This document shows, piece after piece, positions 27,440 through 36,163 of a stretch of DNA of 64,000 nt. Numbering within the stretch: position 1 is the stretch's first letter; the number at the start of each line of letters is the position of its first letter. The translations under genes were made by a program, and so were the position numbers. Location: NCBI GenBank assembly GCA_035502185.1, contig DATJUT010000031.1, positions 155,899 through 219,898 on the forward strand, in the 5' to 3' direction. Source of the stretch: Gemmatimonadales bacterium (GTDB lineage Bacteria > Gemmatimonadota > Gemmatimonadetes > Gemmatimonadales > JACORV01). The notes below the pieces were generated by a model that worked only from the letters and a program-made list of their open reading frames with translations, was not told the origin of the DNA and did no database searches.

Positions 27440-29863
27440 ATGACCGAGCGGTTGAGCCTACCCCTGCTGCCCCTTCGGGACATGGTGCTGTTCCCGGGGG
27501 TGACCACGCCCATCAGCGCTGGCCGGCCCGGGACGCTGCGCGCGATCGAGGCGGCGCTCAAGTCGGAGCGACGGCTGATCTTCGCGGTTGCGCAGCGGGA
27601 GAACACGGAGCAGGTCGGCCTCGAGAATCTGTACTCGATGGGAACCATTGCGCGGATCGGGCAGATGCAGCGCGGCCTGGCCGGCGTGCAGCTTCTGCTG
27701 CAGGGTGAGGCCCGCGCCAGCGCCGTTCACCTCTCCGAGCACGATGGCTATCTCGAGGCCGTGGTGCGCGAGGTGGACGACCAGGCTCCACCCGACAGCA
27801 ACGACGCCGCGTTCCTCGCACTCTACAAGGAGTCGCGGGAGCGCGCCGCCGAGCTGGGGCAGAAGAGCGGCCTGCCGGAAGAGATGGTCCAGCAGGTGGT
27901 GGCTTCGGTCACCGACGCCGGCCGGTTCGCCGACATGGTGGCAGGCTACCTCGACGTGAAGACCCCGGAGCGGCAGGCGCTCCTGGAGACACTGGCCGTC
28001 GAGGAGCGGCTGCGCCGGGTCCTGATTCTGGTGCAACGGCAGATCGACGTCGCCGACGCGCAGGAAGACATCAAGTCGCAGGTCCAGGAGGAGCTGGGCG
28101 AGCGCCAGAAGGAGCTCTACCTGCGCGAACAGCTCAAGGCGATCCGGCGGGAGTTGGGCGAGAGCGAGGACGATCGCGACGCGGCGGCGCTGCGCGAGAA
28201 GCTCCAGAAGCTGGAGCTGCCGGAGGCGGCACAGAAGGAAGTCGAGCGGGAGCTGGGCCGGCTGGAACGCACGTCCAAGGACTCGATGGAGGCGCAGGTC
28301 ATCCGGACCTTCCTCGAGTGGATCGCGGAGCTGCCCTGGAACGCGCGCTCGGAGGACTCACTCGACCTGGCGCGCGCCGAGCAGGTGCTGGAAGAGGACC
28401 ACTACGGCCTGCACGACGTGAAGGAGCGGGTGCTCGAGTTCCTGGCGGTTCGGCAGCTGCGGGACCGGGACGAGCAGCAGGAGCGGGCCGCGGCCCAGGC
28501 CGATACGCCGGGCCAGGCCGACGACAAGGTGCTCGCGAAAGGCCCCATCCTGCTGTTCGTGGGTCCGCCCGGTACCGGCAAGACCTCGATCGCCAAGTCC
28601 ATCGCCCGCGCGATGGGGCGGAAGTACGTGCGGATCTCGCTCGGTGGAGCGCGGGACGAGGCGGACATACGGGGCCACCGGCGCACCTACGTGGGAGCGA
28701 TGCCCGGCCGGATCGTCCAGGGCATGAAGCAGGCGGGCACGAAGAACCCGGTGTTCCTGCTGGACGAGGTGGACAAGCTCGGCGTCTCGTTCCAGGGCGA
28801 CCCGGCGGCGGCGTTGCTCGAGGTGCTGGATCCGGCGCAGAACGACTCGTTCACGGACCATTACCTGGGCGTGCCGTTCGATCTGTCGGAGGTGCTGTTC
28901 ATCGCAACGGCGAACTTCCTCCAGAACATCCCGGCACCGCTTCTCGACCGGCTCGAGACCGTGGACTTCACCGGATACACCGAGCTGGAGAAGCTGGCCA
29001 TCGCGCGGCAGTACCTCGTGCCGCGGCAGCTGAAGGAGAACGGCCTCACCCCCGAGCGCCTGGTGATCGAGGATTCGGCGGTGCGCGAAATCGTCGGCGG
29101 CTACACGCGCGAGGCGGGCGTGCGGCAGCTGGAGCGGGAGCTGGGCCGCCTGGCGCGGAAGATCGCACGACGGGTGGCGACGGACGGCGGAGAGCGCATC
29201 GTGCTCACCGGCGAGGACGTGCGCTCGCAGCTGGGCCGGCCCAAGGTTCGACCCGAACGGGCCGCCACCAGCGACGCCATCGGAACCGCCACCGGCATGT
29301 ACTACACCCCGACCGGCGGCGACATCATGTTCGTCGAAGCCTCGCTGATGCCGGGCAAGGGCGACCTCGTCCTGACGGGGCATCTGGGTGACGTCATGAA
29401 GGAGTCGGCACGCGCCGCCCTGACCTACGCGAAGACCCACGCGTCCGTGCTGGGAGTGCGGGAGGAGGCGCTCAAGGACCGCGAGGTGCACGTGCACGTT
29501 CCTGCAGGCGCCATCCCGAAGGACGGCCCGTCGGCGGGCGTCACGATGGCGACGGCCCTGGTTAGCGCCATGACGCAGCGGCCGGTCCGGCACGACGTGG
29601 CGATGACCGGAGAAGTGACCCTCAGCGGCAAGGTCCTTCCCATTGGCGGCCTGAAGGAGAAGGTGCTCGGTGCGGCTCGAGCCGGTATTCTGGAAATCGT
29701 GCTGCCAAAGGAGAACGAGCCAGAGCTCGAAGACCTGCCGGAAGAGGTCCGCAAGAACCTCGCATTCCATCCGGTCGCCACCCTCGACGAGGTGCTCGCC
29801 ATCGCCTTGCGCAGCCAAGACGCCAAGGCCGTGGACGAACTCCTCTCGGTCAGAGCGCGCTAG
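27440..29863 (+). CDS. lon: ATP-dependent Lon protease
   Basis: LON N-domain (LPLLPLRDMVLFPG), Walker A GPPGTGKTS, Walker B FLLDEVDK, and proteolytic site PKDGPSAGVTMATAL. ATG 27440 lies inside ORF 27254..29863. Confidence 0.97.
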   Translation: MTERLSLPLLPLRDMVLFPGVTTPISAGRPGTLRAIEAALKSERRLIFAVAQRENTEQVGLENLYSMGTIARIGQMQRGLAGVQLLLQGEARASAVHLSEHDGYLEAVVREVDDQAPPDSNDAAFLALYKESRERAAELGQKSGLPEEMVQQVVASVTDAGRFADMVAGYLDVKTPERQALLETLAVEERLRRVLILVQRQIDVADAQEDIKSQVQEELGERQKELYLREQLKAIRRELGESEDDRDAAALREKLQKLELPEAAQKEVERELGRLERTSKDSMEAQVIRTFLEWIAELPWNARSEDSLDLARAEQVLEEDHYGLHDVKERVLEFLAVRQLRDRDEQQERAAAQADTPGQADDKVLAKGPILLFVGPPGTGKTSIAKSIARAMGRKYVRISLGGARDEADIRGHRRTYVGAMPGRIVQGMKQAGTKNPVFLLDEVDKLGVSFQGDPAAALLEVLDPAQNDSFTDHYLGVPFDLSEVLFIATANFLQNIPAPLLDRLETVDFTGYTELEKLAIARQYLVPRQLKENGLTPERLVIEDSAVREIVGGYTREAGVRQLERELGRLARKIARRVATDGGERIVLTGEDVRSQLGRPKVRPERAATSDAIGTATGMYYTPTGGDIMFVEASLMPGKGDLVLTGHLGDVMKESARAALTYAKTHASVLGVREEALKDREVHVHVPAGAIPKDGPSAGVTMATALVSAMTQRPVRHDVAMTGEVTLSGKVLPIGGLKEKVLGAARAGILEIVLPKENEPELEDLPEEVRKNLAFHPVATLDEVLAIALRSQDAKAVDELLSVRAR

Positions 29864-29877
29864 GACCGAACTCCGGC

Positions 29878-29895
29878 GTCAACCATCCAGTTGAC
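29878..29895. promoter_or_regulatory. Palindromic site GTCAAC-CATCCA-GTTGAC (copy A), immediately 3' of TetR gene 29899-30429
   Basis: Read directly from the sequence. It matches 16/18 positions of the reverse complement of copy B (30437-30454). It lies between the convergent lon and TetR stops. Confidence 0.45.
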
Positions 29896-29898
29896 ACG

Positions 29899-30429
29899 CT
29901 ATCGCCAGGTGCAGTAGTCCGCGACCATCCGGGCGACAGTGCCCTCGAAGTCGCCCGCCCCGCCGGTCGCCGATTCCGACGCTCCGCCTGCCCGGTGTCG
30001 GCCGAGTGAAGCCGCCACGACGACCTCGGCCACGGGCTCCGGATTGATGTCGTCCCTGAAGTACCCGGATCGCTGACCGTCCTCGAGGATCCTCACGGCG
30101 GCCCTGACGGCTCGGGACCGCGTGTCGTCGCCCAGCAGAGCTCCTAGCTGCGGCGTTGCAGCGGCAAGCCGTCGAACCAGCTCCCGCACTCTCTCCGCCG
30201 GCGTGCCGTGCCCGACCGACTCGAAGTCCAATCGGGTGGCGACGGCTTCCGCGACAGCTTTGTGAAGACCGGCCTTGGAACCGAAGTAGTGAAACAGCAG
30301 CTGCTTGTTTACGCCGGCGGCCGCGGCTATCCGATCCACCCGCGCGCCAGCGAAGCCATGCGCGGCGAACTCCACCTCGGCTGCCGAGAGGATCCGAGCC
30401 CGCCGAGGGCGTTCACTACCCAGCGCCAT
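29899..30429 (-). CDS. TetR/AcrR-family transcriptional regulator
   Basis: N-terminal HTH ILSAAEVEFAAHGFAGARVDRIAAAAGVNKQLLFHYFGSKAGL. Confidence 0.85.
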   Translation of the reverse strand: MALGSERPRRARILSAAEVEFAAHGFAGARVDRIAAAAGVNKQLLFHYFGSKAGLHKAVAEAVATRLDFESVGHGTPAERVRELVRRLAAATPQLGALLGDDTRSRAVRAAVRILEDGQRSGYFRDDINPEPVAEVVVAASLGRHRAGGASESATGGAGDFEGTVARMVADYCTWR

Positions 30430-30436
30430 TCGCCCC

Positions 30437-30454
30437 TCAACTGGACGGTTGACA
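30437..30454. promoter_or_regulatory. Palindromic operator candidate (copy B; minus-strand reading GTCAAC-CGTCCA-GTTGAG) overlapping the TetR leader/RBS
   Basis: Ends 8 nt upstream of TetR ATG 30429 and sits just downstream of the TTGACC-17-TACGTT promoter candidate. Confidence 0.5.
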
Positions 30455-30458
30455 CCGG

Positions 30459-30487
30459 AACGTAGACCGACTCCCGTAGCCGGTCAA
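30459..30487 (-). promoter_or_regulatory. Sigma70-like promoter candidate TTGACC-17 nt-TACGTT for the TetR gene
   Basis: On the minus strand: TTGACC at 30487-30482, a 17-nt spacer, TACGTT at 30464-30459. Confidence 0.4.
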
Positions 30488-30491
30488 GCCG

Positions 30492-30854
30492 CTACATCGA
30501 CTCTGACTCCAACGAAGCCCTGGCCTGGGCGAACGCGCCGTCAATGTCACGGATGCACTCTCCGATGGCGGCGAGGTCCTTCGGCGTAAGCTCGCTGCCG
30601 GCGGACTGCAGGCGCTGGGTCAAGGCCTCTCCGTCGCGGCTTCGAGCGCTTACAGCCGGGAAGCCATAGGAGCCACCGGAGCCAGCCAAACGGTGGAAGG
30701 CCTGCCTGAGCTGGACGAGTGCGGCCCGCGGATCCGCAGCGAGCGCAGCCTGCAGCCCTCTCAGCTCGGCCACGCGCTTGAGGGAGTCGGCCAAGTACTC
30801 GCGGCGCAGTTGCCGCAACTGCTCGGCGAGCGGGTCGTCGGCGTCAGGGGCCAC
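30492..30854 (-). CDS. Stand-alone histidine phosphotransfer (HPt) domain protein
   Basis: 120 aa helical protein with the HPt phosphorylation motif FHRLAGSGGSYGF (H-x-L-x-G-S-x-x-x-x-G). Confidence 0.75.
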   Translation of the reverse strand: MAPDADDPLAEQLRQLRREYLADSLKRVAELRGLQAALAADPRAALVQLRQAFHRLAGSGGSYGFPAVSARSRDGEALTQRLQSAGSELTPKDLAAIGECIRDIDGAFAQARASLESESM

Positions 30855-30880
30855 GATGGCCCTCCGGTTGGATTTCCGCC

Positions 30881-31597
30881 TCAGCTCCTACCCTGCGCCG
30901 CCGCCGAGGCGAGTTCGCGGCGAAGCAGATGGCGGACAAAAGGGACAACCGCAGGGTGGTTCGTCGCGACGCCGGTCGTGCCGGAGCGGTTCTCGAGGGC
31001 ACAGACGGCGCGGCGTCGGTCCGCGACGATGGCGATCGGCAAGCCGCCCCAGTAGGACTCAATCTCGCCGGGGGGCACGGATCGCACGAGCGCGCCCGCA
31101 GGGGCCGGCGAGCCGAGCGAGAGCAGGCGCTCCGCGGCGTGCGCGTGGCGGACCTGGCCAAGATCCGCGTAGACCTCCGAGACCCACGGCCCCACCACTG
31201 CCAGCAGTTCATCCCGGGCGCTGAGGGCGCACGCTCTCACCCGGTCCAGGACGGCCGATCGGTCCCCAAGCAGCTCGACGTTGGCGCGAGCGGCCTGTGC
31301 GCCGCGTCGCTCCACCGCGGACAGTTGCTGCGCCAGCCGTTCCAGCCGCCGCTGAGACTCGTGCCCCAGCCGACCCATGAGGGCGTCGGGGTCCTCGGCA
31401 ACCCAGCGTGCCGGGCTGCCTGGAAGCCGCGTGACCACCCCTCTGGCGGCCATGGTCTCGAGCGCACCGTAGGTGTTCGCCCGGGCCAGCGCCGCCTCCC
31501 TGGCGACGGTGTAGCCGGTAGCTGGAGACACTCGCAGCAGGGCGACGTAGACCCTGCTCTCCGTTTGAGTGAAGCCGAATCGAACCAGCTCATCCAC
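30881..31597 (-). CDS. TrmB-family transcriptional regulator
   Basis: From GTG 31597 the N-terminus reads DELVRFGFTQTESRVYVALLRVSPATGYTVA, a typical TrmB wHTH, followed by a TrmB-like C-terminal domain. The ORF-track TTG 31633 would add 12 AT-rich codons that form a palindrome (see findings). Confidence 0.75.
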   Translation of the reverse strand: MDELVRFGFTQTESRVYVALLRVSPATGYTVAREAALARANTYGALETMAARGVVTRLPGSPARWVAEDPDALMGRLGHESQRRLERLAQQLSAVERRGAQAARANVELLGDRSAVLDRVRACALSARDELLAVVGPWVSEVYADLGQVRHAHAAERLLSLGSPAPAGALVRSVPPGEIESYWGGLPIAIVADRRRAVCALENRSGTTGVATNHPAVVPFVRHLLRRELASAAAQGRS

Positions 31598-31619
31598 AGT
31601 AGTAGCAATAGCTACTACT
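31598..31619. promoter_or_regulatory. AT-rich inverted repeat AGTAGTAGC-AATA-GCTACTACT abutting the probable TrmB start
   Basis: 9-bp perfect arms, read directly from the sequence. On the minus strand it is embedded in TTGACC(31633-31628)-17 nt-TATTGC(31610-31605)-7 nt-GTG(31597). Confidence 0.5.
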
Positions 31620-31654
31620 TTTGCGGCGGTCAACCTATCTCACAACCCAGCCCG

Positions 31655-32725
31655 TCACACGCTCGCGATCTCCCAACCGGCCAAGCGCGAGATCAGGGAC
31701 ATCCGGAAGGTGACGTCCGCTTGCCGGCTCTCCGGAGTCCGGGCGTCCGCCTGCAGCGGGAACGCGTGGTACGACCACGGCGAGATCCGCCTCGGGATGG
31801 CACGCAGGTTCTTGGGAGTCCACACACCCTGGTCGTCGCAGTCCTTGAGCAACCGGGCCCAGACGCGGGTCGCGGTGGCAGAGCGCTGGAGAACGCCCAG
31901 GCGGGCGAGGATCTCCATCCAGTGGAGCGCAAAGGGCAGATCGTCGGGCTGGCCGGAGGCGGCCACCTTGAGGGGATCGCCGAGCAGGACGAACGACGGC
32001 TTCAGGACCTTCTTCCCGGCCGCTACCCCAAAGCTCTTCTTGGTGGCCGGCTGCGCCAGGTAGCTGCCGAGCCGCTCGACGAGGCCGGCGCGCTCCCGCT
32101 GCACGGCGGGCAGCATCGCGAGCAACGTGACCGAGAAGAGGGTCGGTGGATAGGCTCCCGGCCTGAGCACCCAGCCCTGCGACGTCTTGACCAGCGGGTC
32201 GTCGACCAGCTCGCTGCGGAGGAACTGAGAGACCGCGTTGGCGATCTTGTGGGCGGCCCCGCGGACTCTGGGGTCGTCGCCGTTCCCCACGTGAGCGAGG
32301 GCCGCCGCCGCCGCCTCTCGCACGATCTCCCTGATCCACGGCTCGACGCCGGGCTCGGCCGCGCCGAACTTCTGGAACTCGAACAGCAGCTTCGGATCAC
32401 TGTCGCGGGACAACAGGCGGTACAGGAGTCTCCCCGCCAGCTTGAGCGGGCGGCTGTCCTGAGGCCAACACAGCTCCACCAGCCGGCGGTACTGGTGGAT
32501 CGTGCCCACGTCCTTGATGCCGGCGGCCTTGTTCGGCGACACGCCGAGGAGGTTGCCCCCCCACACTCCGGTGTCCTTCTGTTTCTTGGCGATCTGCCGG
32601 GCGGGCGGGTATGCCTCGAGCTCCGGCCTCAGCGCTTCGAGCTGCGCCGAGTCTGAGCTCCCCACGATTTCCGTGAGCGTGCGGTACCGGATGGCAGGGC
32701 AGCCGTACTGGAGCAGCCAGGACAC
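31655..32725 (-). CDS. Hypothetical protein (356 aa), mostly helical
   Basis: Long ORF with normal composition and no signal peptide. It is the first gene of the minus-strand string hyp-TrmB-HPt-TetR. No family was recognised. Confidence 0.6.
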   Translation of the reverse strand: MSWLLQYGCPAIRYRTLTEIVGSSDSAQLEALRPELEAYPPARQIAKKQKDTGVWGGNLLGVSPNKAAGIKDVGTIHQYRRLVELCWPQDSRPLKLAGRLLYRLLSRDSDPKLLFEFQKFGAAEPGVEPWIREIVREAAAAALAHVGNGDDPRVRGAAHKIANAVSQFLRSELVDDPLVKTSQGWVLRPGAYPPTLFSVTLLAMLPAVQRERAGLVERLGSYLAQPATKKSFGVAAGKKVLKPSFVLLGDPLKVAASGQPDDLPFALHWMEILARLGVLQRSATATRVWARLLKDCDDQGVWTPKNLRAIPRRISPWSYHAFPLQADARTPESRQADVTFRMSLISRLAGWEIASV

Positions 32726-32826
32726 GGGGACGCGATGCGAGGTGGGAAGGGTCAGGCTCGCCTCCCGGAAGGTTGCGACGTCCGTCTCAATTGGCCGCCA
32801 AACTTACAAGTCCGTCCGACGCCAAG

Positions 32827-33753
32827 CTAGGGCCCCCGAGAGGCAAGCGGCAGCCCGGTCACGCGGATTCGCGCGATGGTGCCGTGTGCGGTGCTCCCGC
32901 GCTCCGACGTGAGCACGACCAGGTCCGCCGCGAGGAACGCCACGCCCTCTCCTTGGGGCTCCACGAACGGGATGGTGAGCCCGCCGGCGGGCGTCAGTGG
33001 AGCGGGCAGCGAGTCGCCCCGAAGCCGGAAGAAGTGCAGGGTCGAGTAGGTCCGCACCGCCAGCGTGGCGCCGTCGGGAGAGACGGCGGCGCCGGTAACG
33101 ACCCGCAGCAGCGCCAGGTTTGGGGCGACATCGAGCGGGCCGACGAGGAGCAGCGTATCCACCTCACCCGAGCGCTGCGGCCGGGTCCTCGGAGGCACGC
33201 GGAACATGAGGGGCCGTCCGAACGCCTCCTTGGTGACGATGAACACGCGTGCTGCGGGATCGACGACGATAGCCTCGGCGTCGTGCGGGTGGTCGGGATA
33301 GCGTAGAGTGGTGGCCGCCTCCACGGGCACGGACCGAAGCGTGTCTCCGGGTCCGCGCGGCGGCTCGGGCTCTTCGACCCGGTACAGGACGACCTGTCGG
33401 CGGCTGTGTCGGTTGTCGCCGATGTCGGCGGCATAGAGGCAGCGGGCGACCGTACCGGGACACGGGCCCCCGCCCAGGTCCTCCCAGTCCACGTTGCGGG
33501 CGCCGGTGACCAGAATGGAGCCCAGATCGTCACCGGCCGAGTCGGTCGCATAGAGCCGCGGCTCGTCGCCGCTGTCGTTGTGCGTCCACACCACCCCTGG
33601 CCGGCGCGTGCTGGGCGTCACGCCCGAGCTCTCGACCAGTCGTGGAGCCAGGAAGACGGCCGTATCCACGAGCGCCAGCCGCACCGCGTTCTGCGCGGCG
33701 GCGGTTCGAGCGAGCGCCAGGCCGCCGACGAGAATCCCCAGCCGCAATCGCAC
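32827..33753 (-). CDS. Secreted hypothetical protein, probable beta-propeller
   Basis: Signal peptide MRLRLGILVGGLALARTAAAQ. ESSG...WTHNDSGD...DWEDL...ADIGDN patterns recall the YjiK/SdiA-regulated-like propeller families. Confidence 0.6.
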   Translation of the reverse strand: MRLRLGILVGGLALARTAAAQNAVRLALVDTAVFLAPRLVESSGVTPSTRRPGVVWTHNDSGDEPRLYATDSAGDDLGSILVTGARNVDWEDLGGGPCPGTVARCLYAADIGDNRHSRRQVVLYRVEEPEPPRGPGDTLRSVPVEAATTLRYPDHPHDAEAIVVDPAARVFIVTKEAFGRPLMFRVPPRTRPQRSGEVDTLLLVGPLDVAPNLALLRVVTGAAVSPDGATLAVRTYSTLHFFRLRGDSLPAPLTPAGGLTIPFVEPQGEGVAFLAADLVVLTSERGSTAHGTIARIRVTGLPLASRGP

Positions 33754-33827
33754 CGCCGCAGTCTACCCGCGGCCCGCGCGCGACGGCAATCCTTGCCCGC
33801 GGTGCGGGGGCCGCCGATCTTTCTTGC

Positions 33828-35852
33828 ATGCCGACATCGTTGCTCGCGCGCCGCGTGGCGCGCCGGCCGGAGCAGGTCCGGCTGTCGGGCCGCATCCTCT
33901 ACCTCACCGAGGATCCGGACCTGATTACGCGCCAGCTTGCGGGCGAGGATCTCGACTGGAATACCCGCGTCAAGCTCCGCGACAACATCTCCACCGACGA
34001 GATCACGCCGGCGTACATCTGCTACTACTTCGACGACACACTGGGCGAGTTCCCCTACCTCGGCCTCAAGGCCGGCGAGGCGTTTCCGATCGGGCGAGGC
34101 GCGGTGAAGCGCGGGGGGTTCGTCGCCTCGGCCGCGGGCAAGCGCCGCGGCAAAGGGTCGTCGCGCGAGCAGTCACCCTACGCCGAGATGCGCGCCGGCA
34201 TTCAGCTGGTGGTGGGCGAGAGCATCGAGCGGATCTACCGCGAGAACTGCCAGAACCTGGGCATCCTGACGACCACGGACTTCTCCGTGCTGGAGCGGGT
34301 CCGCGGCGGGCACCCGATCCCGCTGTCGCTGTTCACGGCGGGCGAGGGCCAGATCACCCGCGACATCATCGAGTTCGGCGGGCTGTTCAACTACAACGTC
34401 GCGCGGCTCCAGGGCGTGGTGCGCGTGCCCGCGGTGGTTACGCGCCCGCGGCCGATGACGATCGCGGAGAAGATCTTCGCGCGGCATTGGGTCGTCGACG
34501 CCGCGGCGGGGCGAGTCGGCATACCGGCCGCGGCCCCCGGCGACGAGGGATTCGTCGTCACCGACATCCGCTTCAGCCACGAGTACGTGACGCCGATGGC
34601 GGCGATCTTCTTCGAGCAACTGCTCGGCGCCGACGAGCCCCTCAACGACCCGTCGTCCATCTTCTTCTTCCGGGACCACCTGACCTTCCTGCGCGATGCG
34701 ATGACCCCCGAGCGAATCGCCGAGGGTCTCCTGGACGTCGCCAACCAACTGGAGGTCAAGCAGCGGGAGTTCGCGGCCTCGAAGGGCGTGAAGCTGTACG
34801 GCGAGCTGGGGCTCGGCCGCCTCGGGTCGGAGGCGATCTGTCACTCGAAGATCCTCGAGGCGCACGCCCTGCCGGGCCAGATCATCATCGGGAGCGATTC
34901 CCATACCCCCCACGCGGGTGCCGTGGGGTGCGTGGCCTTCGGCGTGGGAACCACGGCCGTCTTCAACAGCTGGATCACCCGCGACGTGCGGGTGCAGGTG
35001 CCGCCGTCGTTCCGGGTGGTGGTACGGGGGCGCAAGCCGGACGGCATCACGGCGAAGGACATCATGCTCCAGCTGCTGCGCCACCCGTACGTGAAGAACG
35101 GGGACGCGATCGGCCAGGTGGTCGAGTACTGCGGCGAGGTCGTCGCAGACCTCAGCGTCGACGAACGGGCCACCATGACCAACATGGCGGCGGAGGTGGG
35201 CGCCTTCACCGGCATCATCGCGCCCGACCGGCGGACGGTCGAGTTTCTGGTCGAGCAGCGTGGGCTGGAGCGGGCGGAGGCGGAGCGGCTCTGCGCCGGC
35301 CTGTTCTCCGACCCCGGGGCGGAGTACGTGAAGGAGATCGAGATCGACGCGTCGGCGCTCAAGCCGATGATCGCCCTTCCGGGCGACCCCGGCAACGGGC
35401 GGGAAATCGGGGAGCTCGGCGACCCGGTGAAGATCGACATCGCGTACGCCGGCTCCTGTACGGCGGGCAAGCGCGAAGACATGGACATGTACGCGCGCGT
35501 GTTCGGCCAGGCCGCCGCGCGGGGGCAGCGGGTGGCGCCGTGGGTGCGCTGTTACATCCAGTGCGGCTCGCAGGAGGTGTATCGTTACTGCCAGGCCCGC
35601 GGCTACGATCGCGTGTTCGCGCAGGTCGGCGCGACGTTCATCGAGCCTTCGTGCGGCGCGTGCATCAACGCCGGCCCCGGAGTGTCGCGCAGCACGGGCG
35701 AGGTCACGATCTCGGCGATCAACCGGAACTTTCCCGGGCGCTCGGGGCCCGGACAGCTCTACCTCGCCTCGCCGTACACGGTCGCGGCGTCCGCACTGGC
35801 CGGGTACGTCACCGCCTGGGAGCCCGAGCCCTCGACGGCCGGCGTGGCCTGA
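33828..35852 (+). CDS. Aconitase-superfamily Fe-S hydro-lyase; LeuD-like swivel domain N-terminal to LeuC-like catalytic domains
   Basis: The N-terminus has [10 protein letters not shown] and [12 protein letters not shown] (small-subunit-like). It is followed by [29 protein letters not shown] and SCGACIN (cluster-ligand regions). ATG 33828 lies inside ORF 33642..35852. Confidence 0.85.
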   Translation: MPTSLLARRVARRPEQVRLSGRILYLTEDPDLITRQLAGEDLDWNTRVKLRDNISTDEITPAYICYYFDDTLGEFPYLGLKAGEAFPIGRGAVKRGGFVASAAGKRRGKGSSREQSPYAEMRAGIQLVVGESIERIYRENCQNLGILTTTDFSVLERVRGGHPIPLSLFTAGEGQITRDIIEFGGLFNYNVARLQGVVRVPAVVTRPRPMTIAEKIFARHWVVDAAAGRVGIPAAAPGDEGFVVTDIRFSHEYVTPMAAIFFEQLLGADEPLNDPSSIFFFRDHLTFLRDAMTPERIAEGLLDVANQLEVKQREFAASKGVKLYGELGLGRLGSEAICHSKILEAHALPGQIIIGSDSHTPHAGAVGCVAFGVGTTAVFNSWITRDVRVQVPPSFRVVVRGRKPDGITAKDIMLQLLRHPYVKNGDAIGQVVEYCGEVVADLSVDERATMTNMAAEVGAFTGIIAPDRRTVEFLVEQRGLERAEAERLCAGLFSDPGAEYVKEIEIDASALKPMIALPGDPGNGREIGELGDPVKIDIAYAGSCTAGKREDMDMYARVFGQAAARGQRVAPWVRCYIQCGSQEVYRYCQARGYDRVFAQVGATFIEPSCGACINAGPGVSRSTGEVTISAINRNFPGRSGPGQLYLASPYTVAASALAGYVTAWEPEPSTAGVA

Positions 35853-35865
35853 AGCGGGAGGAAGG

Positions 35866-36153
35866 GTGGCGGCGACCAGCTTCGATTCGGGCGTGCGCCT
35901 GGCCAAGCAGTGCAAGGCGCTCGGCCACCCCGCCCGGCTCGCCATCGTGCGTTATCTGGCGGCGCAGCGCGGGCGGTGCACCTGCGGCGACATCGTCGAC
36001 CAGCTCCCGCTGGCGCAGTCCACGGTCTCCCAGCACCTCAAGGTCCTGCGGAGTGCGGGGCTGATCGTCGGCGAGGTCGAGCCGCCGCGGGTCTGCTATT
36101 GCCTCAACGAACAGGCCTTCGCCGCGCTCAAGCGCGCCGTCGCTGCCCTGTAA
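35866..36153 (+). CDS. ArsR/SmtB-family transcriptional regulator
   Basis: [13 protein letters not shown]...[43 protein letters not shown] lies upstream, 13 nt after the aconitase-like stop. Confidence 0.88.
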   Translation: MAATSFDSGVRLAKQCKALGHPARLAIVRYLAAQRGRCTCGDIVDQLPLAQSTVSQHLKVLRSAGLIVGEVEPPRVCYCLNEQAFAALKRAVAAL

Positions 36154-36163
36154 GTCCACCCTG

